Assembly (NCBI GenBank): GCA_051942205.1
Contig: JAVECO010000141.1
Location: 1 to 62,665 of the forward strand
Direction: 5' to 3'
Source: Coniocarpon cinnabarinum
Lineage: Eukaryota
DNA: 62,665 bases
The notes under the pieces are model-generated. The model was not told the origin of the DNA and did not search any database. It saw only the letters and a program-made list of their open reading frames with translations. Below, piece after piece: positions 11,902-23,501 of this stretch. Each line of letters opens with the position of its first letter. The stretch's first letter is position 1. A program made the translations under genes and the position numbers.

Positions 11902-13389
11902 ATGGAGCTCTGGCTGCTGGTTCCTGGGCAGAAAGCCGAACAGCTTCCCGGAAAGGGACACGTTTTAAGCATTGCTGGCATTCACTTCTGGCTCTGCGGT
12001 CCTCTAGCACCGTCCTACGCACCCGCCTACGTCTGTGTATCCTATGTTTGGGGATCAAAACGCATGCCTTTTCCCCTGGACAGTATCAAAGTAATGTCAG
12101 AAGCAACCATGCCGAGCCTTGAAGCAGCCGTTTTGGCCTGCCAATCTGGCACTGGAGAGACAGCGTGGAGGAGAGAGGCGTCATTCTGGATCGATGTCTT
12201 CTGCTTACCTTTCGGAGCGCCTCAAAGGATCGCAACGCTCGCTAGCATGGGATTCATCTACGCGAATGCAGGATTAGTGATTGGTTGTTTGAGCGAAGAG
12301 TGCAGGGGCGCAATGGAGTTTATGCGACGTGGCGAGCAGATGGATGACGCAGCACTGATTTCGCTCGAAGCTGAGCCTTGGGTCGAAAGCGTATGGACAT
12401 ATCAGGAAGTTGTCAACAGTCAGGAGCTACTCATGGCCTGTCATGGCGATGAGTATCCTATGAACAGCCCGGCTTCTCAGGACGGTGCGCTGCTTGATAA
12501 GAAACATCTAAGAAATGTCACGGATGGTCCTCATTTTCTAAATATGGTGGGCTGGTCACTGGAAGGATATCGCTCTCTTCGCAGTCTTACGACCATAGAA
12601 TCTAGACAAAAGCTTCCTCGCTTAGGCGCGTTTGAGGAATTGATTGGAGATTACATGGTAGCCAACTACACACAGAGGTCCGCCTTGCAAGTCATGTCCA
12701 ACCTGGATCGCCGGGATCAGACTGAGCCTAAGAACACGCTGCTTTCGATGATGGGCGCTGTATCGCAGGACATCTTTCGTCGATCTATCGACGACAGTAT
12801 TGAGCATATAGCAGATGCGTTCATTGAGATGTGTGAAAAGAAGAATGACTATTCTTTCATCTTCTCGACTAACGCTAGGCCGCCTGGATCTTGCCGACCA
12901 GTTTCGCAGGTCTTACATTCAGTGTTACCGTGGCACAATTGGGGTCAAGGCCAGCCAGGAAAGATCAGAGATGGGAGTCTCCAGCTGAAGGATATGGTCT
13001 TGCTGGATGTGGGCGGTGCTGTGTGTGAGCAGGCGCGAGAGTTTATTGATGACTGGCTGAATGGGCCGCAGATGCCAGGGGATGAGCGCCGGCCCGGGAT
13101 ATGTGACGATGAATTGATCAATGGTGCTTTCAATAATTTGAAAGGCATGGACTATACAGGGAGCAGCAAAGCCTTCGTTTGCGCCGAAGGGCTGTTCTTC
13201 CCACAGCAATTCATACCCGGTGACAAAGAGTTGCTAGTGGCGGTGCTCGTGTGCACCAGCATATCGTGGCCCTTTGGCAACCCAGGTATGGTCGAGACAA
13301 GTGTAGACCCACGTTACATCCCAGGGGTGTTCGTCGGAACTACACAGGGACGACCGAAACGATCGGTAGATGTTAATTATAGCCTATAG
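11902..13389 (+). CDS. Heterokaryon incompatibility (HET, PF06985-like) domain protein, single exon
   Basis: The three HET blocks are present: YVCVSYVWG, FWIDVFCLP...LASMGFIYANA, and PWVESVWTYQE. Confidence 0.88.
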   Translation: MELWLLVPGQKAEQLPGKGHVLSIAGIHFWLCGPLAPSYAPAYVCVSYVWGSKRMPFPLDSIKVMSEATMPSLEAAVLACQSGTGETAWRREASFWIDVFCLPFGAPQRIATLASMGFIYANAGLVIGCLSEECRGAMEFMRRGEQMDDAALISLEAEPWVESVWTYQEVVNSQELLMACHGDEYPMNSPASQDGALLDKKHLRNVTDGPHFLNMVGWSLEGYRSLRSLTTIESRQKLPRLGAFEELIGDYMVANYTQRSALQVMSNLDRRDQTEPKNTLLSMMGAVSQDIFRRSIDDSIEHIADAFIEMCEKKNDYSFIFSTNARPPGSCRPVSQVLHSVLPWHNWGQGQPGKIRDGSLQLKDMVLLDVGGAVCEQAREFIDDWLNGPQMPGDERRPGICDDELINGAFNNLKGMDYTGSSKAFVCAEGLFFPQQFIPGDKELLVAVLVCTSISWPFGNPGMVETSVDPRYIPGVFVGTTQGRPKRSVDVNYSL

Positions 13390-13950
13390 GGCACAAGGGC
13401 GTGTCGTCCAAGATCGCGTGCCGACTGAATACCGGCAGCCAACGCGCTCGAAGCGTTTACCACGTCGCGGGAAGTTAGATCTTGTTTCTCATGCCAAGCT
13501 CCGGTTATCCATGGCACCAAGTATACTTCGCTCTGTGCGATAGCCCTGCGAGAATGCGAAGCGCAAAACGTCACGGATGAGAGTCATTGCCATGTGTCAA
13601 TCCAGGCGCCGAGTCTGTATACAATAAAAGAGATTCGAGTAAAAAAGCTATTGATACAGAGGCAAAAGCCCACTATGCCTCATAAGTTGCTGGATTCACT
13701 TGGGGCAGGTCCTCCTCTGCTAGGCCATTGCCGCATTGTTCTGAGTAAAGCGCCTCGAATATAATGTCGTGGTTCGTGTGCCTCATGTCTCCCCGCGTAA
13801 CATTGGCTCCATGTTACGTCGAATACTTTCCATGGCGGTGAGAGATCGCTCAAGAGCTACACTGTCGTTTGACATTTTGTGTCACGGGTACTGTGCAAGA
13901 CACAGTTCAAAAATCGAGTATCTCAGCCGATTCGAAGCGGCATGTGAGGT

Positions 13951-13999
13951 GAGGTAGAGACTCAGGTAGGTAGATAGGTAGGTACCTTACCTAGGTAGG
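13951..13999. repeat. Degenerate (GGTA)n/(TACC)n microsatellite with a short palindromic junction
   Basis: gaggtagagactcaggtaggtagataggtaggtaccttacctaggtagg. Confidence 0.6.
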
Positions 14000-14156
14000 A
14001 TCTTCAATGACATCATATTCCGTTCGCAAGGCCGCTCGCAGCTTGGTGCTTACAAGCTCCCGCAGAACTGCTTTGTCACGGGCTAATCGGTGTCTTCCCT
14101 TTCGACGCGTCCTTACGCGGTACCCTTATGCCCTGTCTAGCGTAGCCACGAACGGC

Positions 14157-16430
14157 ATGTCAGGTACAGGGGTCAACTACCGGGATTTTGTTCCCCTCCC
14201 GGAAAAGACCAATGCTGTGGGTGACCCTGATCAATACGAGCAAGCAGAGACTTTGGAGCACGGCGCCACCGCCAGTCATGCGCTCGCGACAGCGGCTCAG
14301 AATGAGAAGGGAGTTGCTCAAGAAGCCTACGAGCACGATGTCAAGGATCTCGGTTGGAACGAGCCGCAAGACAACGTTCCATCTCCACTCGTTGGAGGCA
14401 TGGACAACGAACATCTTTGGATGCTCGTGCGGCGCTTCAACAAGGTAGCGCATGTCCCAATGTTTTTTCTACGCTTATGTTGACGACATTTCTGTAGCAA
14501 ATCTATCATGTCAAGGAAATCACCACGCCTGTTCCTGGAAATCTTGACCTGAATATTGCTGATGAAGATGAGTTCTCGCCGGACAAGCTCAGAAGTACAA
14601 TAGAGCGACTGTACATGACGATTGGCATTGGTCTCATTGGGTTTGGAAAACATATCGTCCGTCTTCGCTCCTGGCGCGAGAAACGTCGAACAGCAGCATT
14701 CTGCACTGTAAGTCCAGAGGCCACTGTGGTCAGTCCTATGTCCACTGACCGAACAGCGTAGGTTTACTGTCTTGCGTGGCTCTCAGATCTGCTCGTCCCG
14801 ACCTTCACATGCATGATCATCACGCTGATCGTCTTTCCTCCGTCCCGCAGCTTTTTGTTTCCTCCTGCCCCACTTGCGCTCGTCTCCAGCTCGAGTGGTG
14901 GTGTGCAGAAACCACCAGCAGGGGTCTTGGGCTCTACCGACAGCGCTACCGGTGCACCTGAACAATATCATGGCGAGGCTGTTGAGCAAGAGGCCAGTAA
15001 TTTCGTCAATGGCATCGCGCACGTCGCGTTGAGCAGCGCAACTGGAAAGCACCCACAGGGAGAAGAATCAGAAGACGGCGCACCGTCAGACAGCTCCCCG
15101 GACCCTACCACCCTGGCTGTTGGAGCTTCAAACGCAAGAGTTAGTGCTGGGGGAGACAATGTTTCAGAGAATAGAGACAAGACCAAGCAGCCTATGGAAG
15201 CAGCCATGTGGAATAAAATGCGGCCGTTGATGCATGCTTTGCAAGATGCCGCTGATGGCTGGGAACGCTTTGCGAACGCGCTGTCGCCAACACGTCCGTT
15301 TCCGCAAGAAGGGCCTCGCATTCGCCTTGCTTCGCTGCTCGTCCCACTTTTGGCCATATCGCTCGTAGTCACCTCATACATGTTCATGAAAGCGGTCACT
15401 CTTGGTGCTGGCTTTGGGTTCTTTGGAGACCCTGTCATCATGCGTGGCTTCCATCTCTTGAACGAGAGATTTCCCAATTGGCAGAAGCTCCTCGAGGTTC
15501 GCAACACATTGCTGAAAGGCGTGCCTACAAACGCACAGCTCACTATTACACTTCTCCGTGTTGGCGAAGCAAACAAAGCGCCCCTGCCGCCTCCACCGCA
15601 AACACACGAAGCTCCACCTGACCAGCCCGCGGAAATTACATCTGCGCACTTGGACAGCACGGGCGCTGATGCTCCGCTAGGGGCCAGTAAAGAAGAAATC
15701 GAAGGTACAGTGTTTGAAGCTCGATTCATTGAAGATTTGCAAATGCGCTTACATGTTCTAAGCAGAGGCAATGGCCCACGACCCAGCGAAAGCAAGTAAG
15801 ATCGAGTCGCCCGACGTCGCTGCCTCAAAGGACAAAACACATGGTAAGAAGGGCTCGAAGATACTCGGGATCCTAAAGAGCTCAGTAAGAGCTTCAGTCA
15901 CCAGTGCTATGGGCGCAGACCGGTTGAAAGCTTCAGCTGGATCAACGACTGCAAAAAATCGCCTGGGCGTGTTGCCAAGTACTGACGAAGATCTGACTTC
16001 GGGCCCCGTGGATTTTAAGTCTCGGTACCATGGCAAAAGAGGGCATACTTACATCACCAAACGGAATTCTCTGCCTTGCGTCAGCTTCTCCACCGATTCT
16101 TCTATCGAAAAGGTGGGGTCACTTGATAACAAGGACTTGCATCCAGTGTGGACAGTCGCTGCAGCAGACATCAAGGATTTGAAAAAGGTTGGGGGCTTTG
16201 GCTGGAAAGCCAGGCTCGTGGTTGGGTGGGCTCTAGATCGGGAGGTGGCTGATGGACTTGAAATTACAGATCGTGATGGCAACACTTGGAAAGTCACTGC
16301 ATGTCCCCTGAGAGACGAACTTTTCAATAGGCTGGTAAGTACTTTGCATTTACGCGCTCTCTTGTCCTCGTGATCGTTACCTGACAGCAGCCAGATTGCA
16401 ATGGGCGGGCAGAAGTGGGAAGCATGGTAA
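14157..16430 (+). CDS. DUF3292-family (peroxin-like) integral membrane protein, 5 exons
   Basis: KDLGWNE...PLVGGMDNEHLWMLVRRFNK|QIYHVK...LDLNIADEDEFSPDKLRSTIERLYMT...WRE...FPPAPLALV...GVQKPPAGVLGSTDSATGAPE...ADGWERFANALSPT...GVPTNAQLTITLLRVGE...RDELFNRL|IAMGGQKWEAW*. Confidence 0.85.
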
Positions 16431-17252
16431 AGGATTAACATCACAGTACATTGTAACACCTAGCTTGAAGATGACAGGTCGGTGGCAGAGGCTCTGCTCT
16501 CTTCAAACAGCTTAAGCATGCAAAGGACCTAGGCACAAAGCCTCCAGTATTTTGCAAATTCAAAGCGAAAAGTCATGAGTATACCGGCGAAGGCACTGTG
16601 AACCTGACAAGACGCTAAATTCCAATACAATCAATGCTGTCATCAATCTTAGGCGCTTGCAGTGCTTCGAATCTCAGACGTCAGATTGTATCCAACACCG
16701 ACCACATTCCAGTCATAGTTTCAGGCTCTCTAGAAGTGTGTGCTTTACCCGAAACATGATCGTGTATTCAAATCCGATCCAGGTCCCGTACAAACGAGCC
16801 TGTCCTGTCATCCGGGATAATCAGTGACTATCATCACTCGCGGCTACCCATTTCAATCAAGGTATTTCACACTCATGACAGGAGAGATTGGCCTGTTATG
16901 AGCATACTATGTAGCCTAACCTTTATGGCCGCAAGCACGCTTTTGAGAAAAGTGTTGATCTGAAGGACCATCGCAAGTCTATCCAAGAGCGTGATTCTTT
17001 CTTTGATGGACAACTTTGTTCAGGGAACCTTTGAAAGCATTCATCGAAACCCTCCACGTTCTGATTCCCCGACCGAGTATCAATTCTGTGGGAGACACCA
17101 AAGTCTGGCGCATCGATCGAGAGTGCCGTCATTGGATCTTGATGTTAATCATAAAGTCATGAATCATTCGTCGCGCGACGTCTTGCTATCATCTAAGGTC
17201 GACAGACGGAGCAATGATATTCTGAGCGGTCTGATCACCAACTATCAAAAGA

Positions 17253-18279
17253 TCAAGCTTCACTCGCGTCAAGCCCAGGTTGTTCCCATTGAGGCAACAG
17301 GCCGCCAACAGTGAAAGCCAAAACTAGCTTGATGCCAGCTGCAAGCCAAAGCGTGGCCAACATGCCAACGCTTCTCAGTTCGATCCAGGTAGACGCAACA
17401 GCTCCCGCGAAAACACATAACACGGCAACAATACGCCGGTTGCGAGGCTTGTTCGCACTCGGTGGCCACATCTTGAACAGATCTTGGTCACCGGCCAGCG
17501 CTGCATAAGTGGTTGTGTATACCACCACTGGAAGCTCGTTGACGTACCCCAGCAGGCGAGACACGGCGATTGTCATACCGGAATGGAAACTGAGCGGTGC
17601 AATGCCATTGAGTAGCCTTGGATCCCGCAATAGCGCATCGATTCCTTCATCGGATTCGGTGACTATGAGTGAAGCGGAGGTGAGGGCTGCGGTCATGATG
17701 AGAATGAGCGCTTGTATGATGAAGTTGCCCGTCAGGGTGAGTCGCCGTGTCGGCGACAACATCCTTGAGATTTGCTCTGCGAAAAAGCAGCCGGCGAAGA
17801 ACGAGACAATACTTATGATGGTCGAGGCCCAGGCCCAAGGCTAGAAATGTGTCAGCACCGTCGACTCATGCCAACGACTGAAGCTGCTTGAACGGAGATC
17901 CTGCAGCCACTTTCCAACGTACCTGGCGAGAGGGCAAGCCTCCCGTGCTCAGTGCGAGAATAATTGTGTTACCTGACATCATTCCCACAAATGTTCCCCA
18001 GTTTTGGCTAGAAAGAACAAGGAGTGTTAGCTGGGAAATGACAAACTTTTGCTGGACCGGTATTCCGCGTAGCACTCACAAAGCACTAGCATCCAGTAAG
18101 CCCTGGACAAAACAACACGGGAAGAGCAGAAGATCGCCATGCTTGAGCTCGACGCTGCCAAGCCAATATCGGGACTTGCGCGAGTCTGATAATGCGGATT
18201 TCTCTTTCGTCTGCATGGTGCTAGTTCGGCTCACGGGTTGAGATTCACTTTGCCTGGGGGACGATGTACTGGACGACAT
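17253..18279 (-). CDS. DUF1275/YoaK-family membrane protein, 3 exons
   Basis: CCFVQGLLDASAF|QNWGTFVGMMSGNTIILAL...|PWAWASTIISIVSFFAG...LSFHSGMTIAVSRLLGYVNELPVVVYTTTYAALAGD...RNRRIVAV are typical DUF1275 motifs. Confidence 0.85.
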
Positions 18280-21279
18280 GACTTTTGTTTCAGACTTGTT
18301 TGGGGGATCTCGAGGAGAAACTATGGAGAAATACGGTTTACTCGAGGTATGATAAAACTCAGTCGAGGTTGACAATAGTTTAAGTAAGAAGGGTGACCCG
18401 ATTGGGGCTTGGATGCTCGTTCACTCGTCATCCATCCGATTTATCATCTCAAGCCATGCTAGAGCTTCTTCCCCGGTGCTTCAAACACAGGACCACGGAA
18501 CGCGCACGTTGCGGCGCTTGGCACTTGCCCAGTCTCCACCCGAGGCGTTCCACCGACGCCCGTAGACTTGGCGAGATAAGATGATGAGTCTAAGGCGATC
18601 GGTTGTACCCTCGCACCGATGCATGGCGCTTCCACTGCCTAGCTGGTTGTTTCTGAGTGGAGGCAGCCTCAGCAAGACTTTGCATCACTGCATGAGCTGA
18701 GACGCTCGCTTGGAAGCTCGCCAGGTGGCACACGAAAGTGTTATTCTCCAGGGTACGTGCAAGAGACACACCTGTATGTGTACACCGGTGTTACCATCGT
18801 CGACTCCTGGATGTCGAGCAAGGATGGATGAGTTGCATCTGCATCTTGGCGAATCTACTTCTCACAACCCAATCACCTATGGATCCCGTGCGCAGCATGG
18901 CTTAGCAAGGCCAGAAGTTAGCCGGCCTCTGTGTCCCTCCGCGTACTAAGCGTCACACGTCTCATCCCATTCCCCGGTGCTAAGACTCCGAAGTATTTTA
19001 GCGGGAACGGATCACAAAGCTTGGCATCACTCTCAAATGCGCACCCAGGAGGTCAGACCATATCCTTGCTCTGAGCACTTACCCGGACTCTAAAATCGGC
19101 AGCGATTGCAGAAGCTTGTGCTGCCTGACGAGAGAACGAAATGGTTGGCCACGTCCCGAAGATGCTTTGTGCACAGAGGCACCGGTTTCTGCGTTTCACG
19201 CAATCGTCGTCATGATGTGTCCAGAGTTCATCACCTAGCCAGAGGAAGTATTGAGTTCGTGCATCATCCGCCTTGGCACCCTTGGCAGCGATGCTTAATC
19301 ACGGGTGGCTCAGCGCAGCCAAGGCGGCCCGCTGGTAGCTTTCGTTGGGATGCCAAGAGGCACAGCAGATAAAGCCGCGGATGGTGAGTGGGCTGGCTTC
19401 GATTGCGGGCAGTCAATCCAAAGTCCTCCAAAGGTCCGCCTCTTCCTAGGCCCCGGGGATGGCTGTACAAGTCAAGACCACACTGCACAACTACACTGAC
19501 GAGCAAGCTTGTCCAGCCTCCTGTTAACGCATCATGCTGTTGTGCGCCCCTGATAACAAGTAGCTCTCCGAGTTCGAGAACGGGTGAAAACGCTCTTGGT
19601 CTTGGACTTTATCCTTGCTCGTGGATGATACCGCCTTCAACAGCTGCACTTGGGAGACCAGTCTGAGACGGATTTTAACGACTAAGAGAGTAGGTATGGA
19701 TCGGTCGCACGCATCTGCTGAGCTCTCGAGCCCTCAAGTGATTCCAAAAGCGTCGAGCGGAGCATCAGAGACCAATGTAGCTTGGTGTGACTGCACGCAG
19801 TCGATTGAGCTGTCTTCGAGTGCTGCATCGATGCTCTCGGAAGCCCTATTGTGAAGGCCTTGCTTGATGGAGTCGCAACAGTGGCGCTGAGCGATCCTTC
19901 TAGACTTTCTTGTAATGTGCGTTATGCAATCCTGCAAATCTGAGGCCTCGATCTGTCCCAGAGAGCACTTCTATGGCAAAACGAACATCTCGCTAGACAT
20001 AATAGACAGGATCCACAGCATCTAGGCGATTCTCCAATGGTACTGTCTGTTGCAAGTGAGCCGATTGCGTCTCCACTGCGTCGAGCTGTCTATGTGAATG
20101 GAGAAATAAACGAACAGGTTTTGCCAAGTCTCAGTCTGGGCGCAGAGAGGAGCCTCATATCTTGCGTCGTGATAAAGAGCAGCGACAAGCCAATGGACCC
20201 TTGCTATGAGCTGCTTAAGCCCAGCATAATCTACAGTACAAGGTCAAGATGTCTGCCGGGATGCCGGGACGAGGTGTCGCGGTCGTTTGTCCAGATCGCA
20301 GCATGGCTCCTCGGGTTGTGAACGCAGCATGACAAGCGCTCTGTGGAAGAAGCATTCTACTTATTGCATGAGCATCCTGGAAAAACGTCACGCCATTGGA
20401 ATAATGTGTGGGAAGAGTCTTTTTGGAAGAATGGTCGTGGCGACCTTGCAATCTCCTTCACAGACCTACGTCCGAGGTTAGGACGCATAAACCATGGCGT
20501 ACAGAATGCTCTGAAAGCGTCCTACATCCACCTTTACAATATTTGCAAATTTTTCGAGTAAAAGGACGTCCAGCATACACTTGAGGAATCGACTCTAAAT
20601 CAAGAGTCTTGACAAACTCTTGGAAAATCAAAGAAACTAAGTCGTCTTTGTGCTGCAACATTTACACCACGATTTCTAGTACCTTACCTCAGTCCGGGTA
20701 TGTATACGTACGTAAGAGGGTCAGCGCCGCAAGTGTCCCCGGAGTGTAATGCTGAACTTTGAGAAGAGTTCCTACTCACAGCATGCGTCGATGTTCACGT
20801 GACATCAATGCCTGTGCTCGCCCAGCCATAGGACTAATGAGAGATGCGATGCTTCGAGCTACCATGAAAGCTATGAGCAGTATGGCAAATGCCTCTCTTG
20901 TAAATCGCGATTGTTTGTTGCTGAGCATACCCATATTGAACACCTTTAGCTTGTGCATCAAAGTATTCCGTACTTGACGAAGCGTAATTCGATGCTCTGT
21001 ACAGCTCACAGGGACTTCGCAGGTATTCTCGTAGCTGCAGAAGACTTATTTGCCCTATACTATGGGTTCATCGTCGGGAGTCTCTGTCGTGTCTACTCTG
21101 TCGTTCTGCGTGTGGGATAAACTTTATATTTGATTCGTAATGCCTCAGAAAACAGGCCAAAATCAACGAGCACTCCAATCGTGAAGGCTACGACGCGACC
21201 CAATCTGCCAGTTCCTTTGCAATAAAGCATTCCCTGTCGTCGGCGCACAAATATTGTGCTTAATCGTCGAATCATCGAG

Positions 21280-22750
21280 TCAATGCTGCCATGACGGTGG
21301 TGTCTTCTCCCGGGCTCGATACCTACTCCTACCCCCTGTAACGCGAGCAAACAGTAGGACCACTGCGCCCAACACCACGCTTGTTCCGCCAAACACCTGT
21401 GCGTAAAGGTATCGCCCATCGTCTCGAACGATCAATGCTCCCGCTGCTGGTGGACCCGTCAAGCAAGCGAAGCTGACGATCGTAAAACACATGCCGACGC
21501 GAGTCCCCATCTTGGTCATATCTGTGGTCAAGCCAGCCAAAGAAGATGGAAAAAGCGTTTGCACTGCGTTGGCGCATATACCATAAATGATTACGAATGC
21601 CGTGAAACCAGCAACATTGCTTATAGCTGCCCAGCAAAACAGCATCATGCCGGCTGCGAATGCAAATGGCAAAAGCACATTGAGTGGCCCAAACGATGCA
21701 TCAGCCACCAGAGCAGGTATCATTCGTCCAGGTATACCGACGGCGTTGAGCACGATCAAGTTCACAAGCGACTGGGCTGGAGAGATATGGATGATGTCGT
21801 TCCCAAATGTTGTCGTCTGTTGGATCACAATCCTATCAGCAATGTTGTCGTTGAATGTGGGCAAGGGTGCACTCACATAGAAATATGCGATGTACACGCC
21901 AAGGCACAACAGGAAAACCCCTATGTTGAATAAGACGTAAATGGGTTCTTGAAATGCCGTCCACTCTACAAGAGGACCCTTCACGCGACGTGCTGTTGAT
22001 GGTCTCGCTAATGCCATGATGAGGATTGAATTAAAGAGCATCACCAGGCCCATCACCCGTATAGTCCAGGGGTAGCCAATCTTTGGTGCAAGCTGACGTG
22101 TGATCTAGGTACGTACAAGGTCAGTCATTGCAACATCGGTGTACAGAGACGCTGAAACCTACTATTGGAAATACAACACCACCCACAGGCGCGCCGCAAG
22201 CAGCAACGGACAGAGCGAAGGCTCTCTTCTTTACAAACCGAGTCGACACCATGGCCACAGCTGGGGTGAACAAGGCACCGTTTCCAAGCCCATTGGTGAT
22301 GCCTTGAGCAAGTATCAACTGCCAGTACTGATTGACGGCTGAAGTAGTCAAAGTTCCCAGGAGTTGGAGGGCACATCCAGTAAAGAGAAGAGATCGAATG
22401 TAGCCAGCGTCCATGATGCGACCAGACAATGCCCCAACGAAGAAGAGCAAAAAGATCTGCAACGAGCCAGCCCATGCTATGTCAGAGGGCGTTTTTGCGA
22501 GGGACGATGTCCAATGAGATTCAAAGAGCGCAAATGAAGAGAGGTAACCGAAGCCATTGATGACCAGCAGATGGCTCACGAGTGCTTGAGACCAGCATAC
22601 CCAACCTCGGTCGACTTGTGGGGAAGTGGAGCGCTCATTTGTGGGCTGCAACTTCGTAGAGCTGGCAGGAGATGACATTGCGGAGTCTGCAGAGTCTGCC
22701 TCTGATGGACTGTCTGGAGATGATCTTTCGAGTTCACCTTTCTCGCTCAT
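21280..22750 (-). CDS. MFS transporter, monocarboxylate (MCT/Mch) type, 3 exons
   Basis: DRGWVCWSQAL...NGFGYLSSFALF...SDIAWAGSLQIFL...SGRIMDAG...YWQLILAQG...GLGNGALFTP...KKRAFAL...GYPWTIRVMG...NAVGIPGR...MGTRVGM...LTGPPAAGAL; about 12 TM segments. Confidence 0.92.
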
Positions 22751-23353
22751 GATATTGTCTGAAGGCACGACCTGGTTCCGAAAGCTCAATGCCACAGAGG
22801 TCATGTACAAAAGTCGTTCTCGGAATTCAGCTCAGGCAGCGAGCCTGTGTGATGAGGAGAACGTGGGTCACAAAGCTATGACGACAACGGCCAAAGCCCC
22901 TTGGACCTTGGGAGATGCTGAATTATGGTGCGGCAAGTCCTTTTTTACAATGCCCTTGCCATTTGTCAGAAGATTACGATGCGGGCAAGCGGTTTTGAAT
23001 GTTGCGTACGAATGTAGCGGCACGGCACGAGCACATTCCTTGCACGAAGTACAAGGGCGGTGAACGAGGTACTTCATGGACTGTCACGCTCTTGCATCAC
23101 GCTAACGAATGAGAGATCCACACCGCGGACGTTTGAACACAGCCGTCTCCTTGAATGATGCAGATTGAATCATTCTCCTCCGCCCCACAATTATGTCCCG
23201 TTTTGAGGCGAATCCTCCGCAGGCGCATGCCACACTCCGTACGTGCCGCCTGATGCGCCGCACGTTGCAATTAGGATCAGATTACGTGAGCTGTCGGATC
23301 CTCCTCTCGCTAACTCGTAGGACTATGGTCCTCAGGTGAGGAATTGGCATCTC

Positions 23354-23378
23354 AAAGCCGCGGATGGTATCTATATAT
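23354..23378 (+). promoter_or_regulatory. Putative ICS core promoter: CCGCGGATG element immediately followed by a TATATAT box
   Basis: aaagCCGCGGATGgtatcTATATAT, about 125-145 bp upstream of ATG 23502. Confidence 0.45.
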
Positions 23379-23501
23379 GGGTCCTGGCATACCCTCCAAG
23401 GCCGCTACCGAGCAAGTGAAAAGTCTCATAGATCTCGCTTGAAAAATAGTCATTCGCTCGAATTTTTTTTTGGCTCAGTCGTTTCACCAGAGATCGCAAC
23501 A

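Noticed and set aside
23028..23037. TGTGCTC resembling a Mac1/MacA copper element (also near 26073 and 26994)
   Set aside because: Imperfect 7-mers expected by chance, and not arranged as paired sites.
23364..23501. Upstream in-frame ATG extension of the ICS ORF (likewise 14007, 35383, 57085 for other genes)
   Set aside because: The ATG at 23364 lies upstream of the TATA-like box. The other extensions are non-conserved-looking or begin at non-ATG codons, so downstream ATGs fit better.
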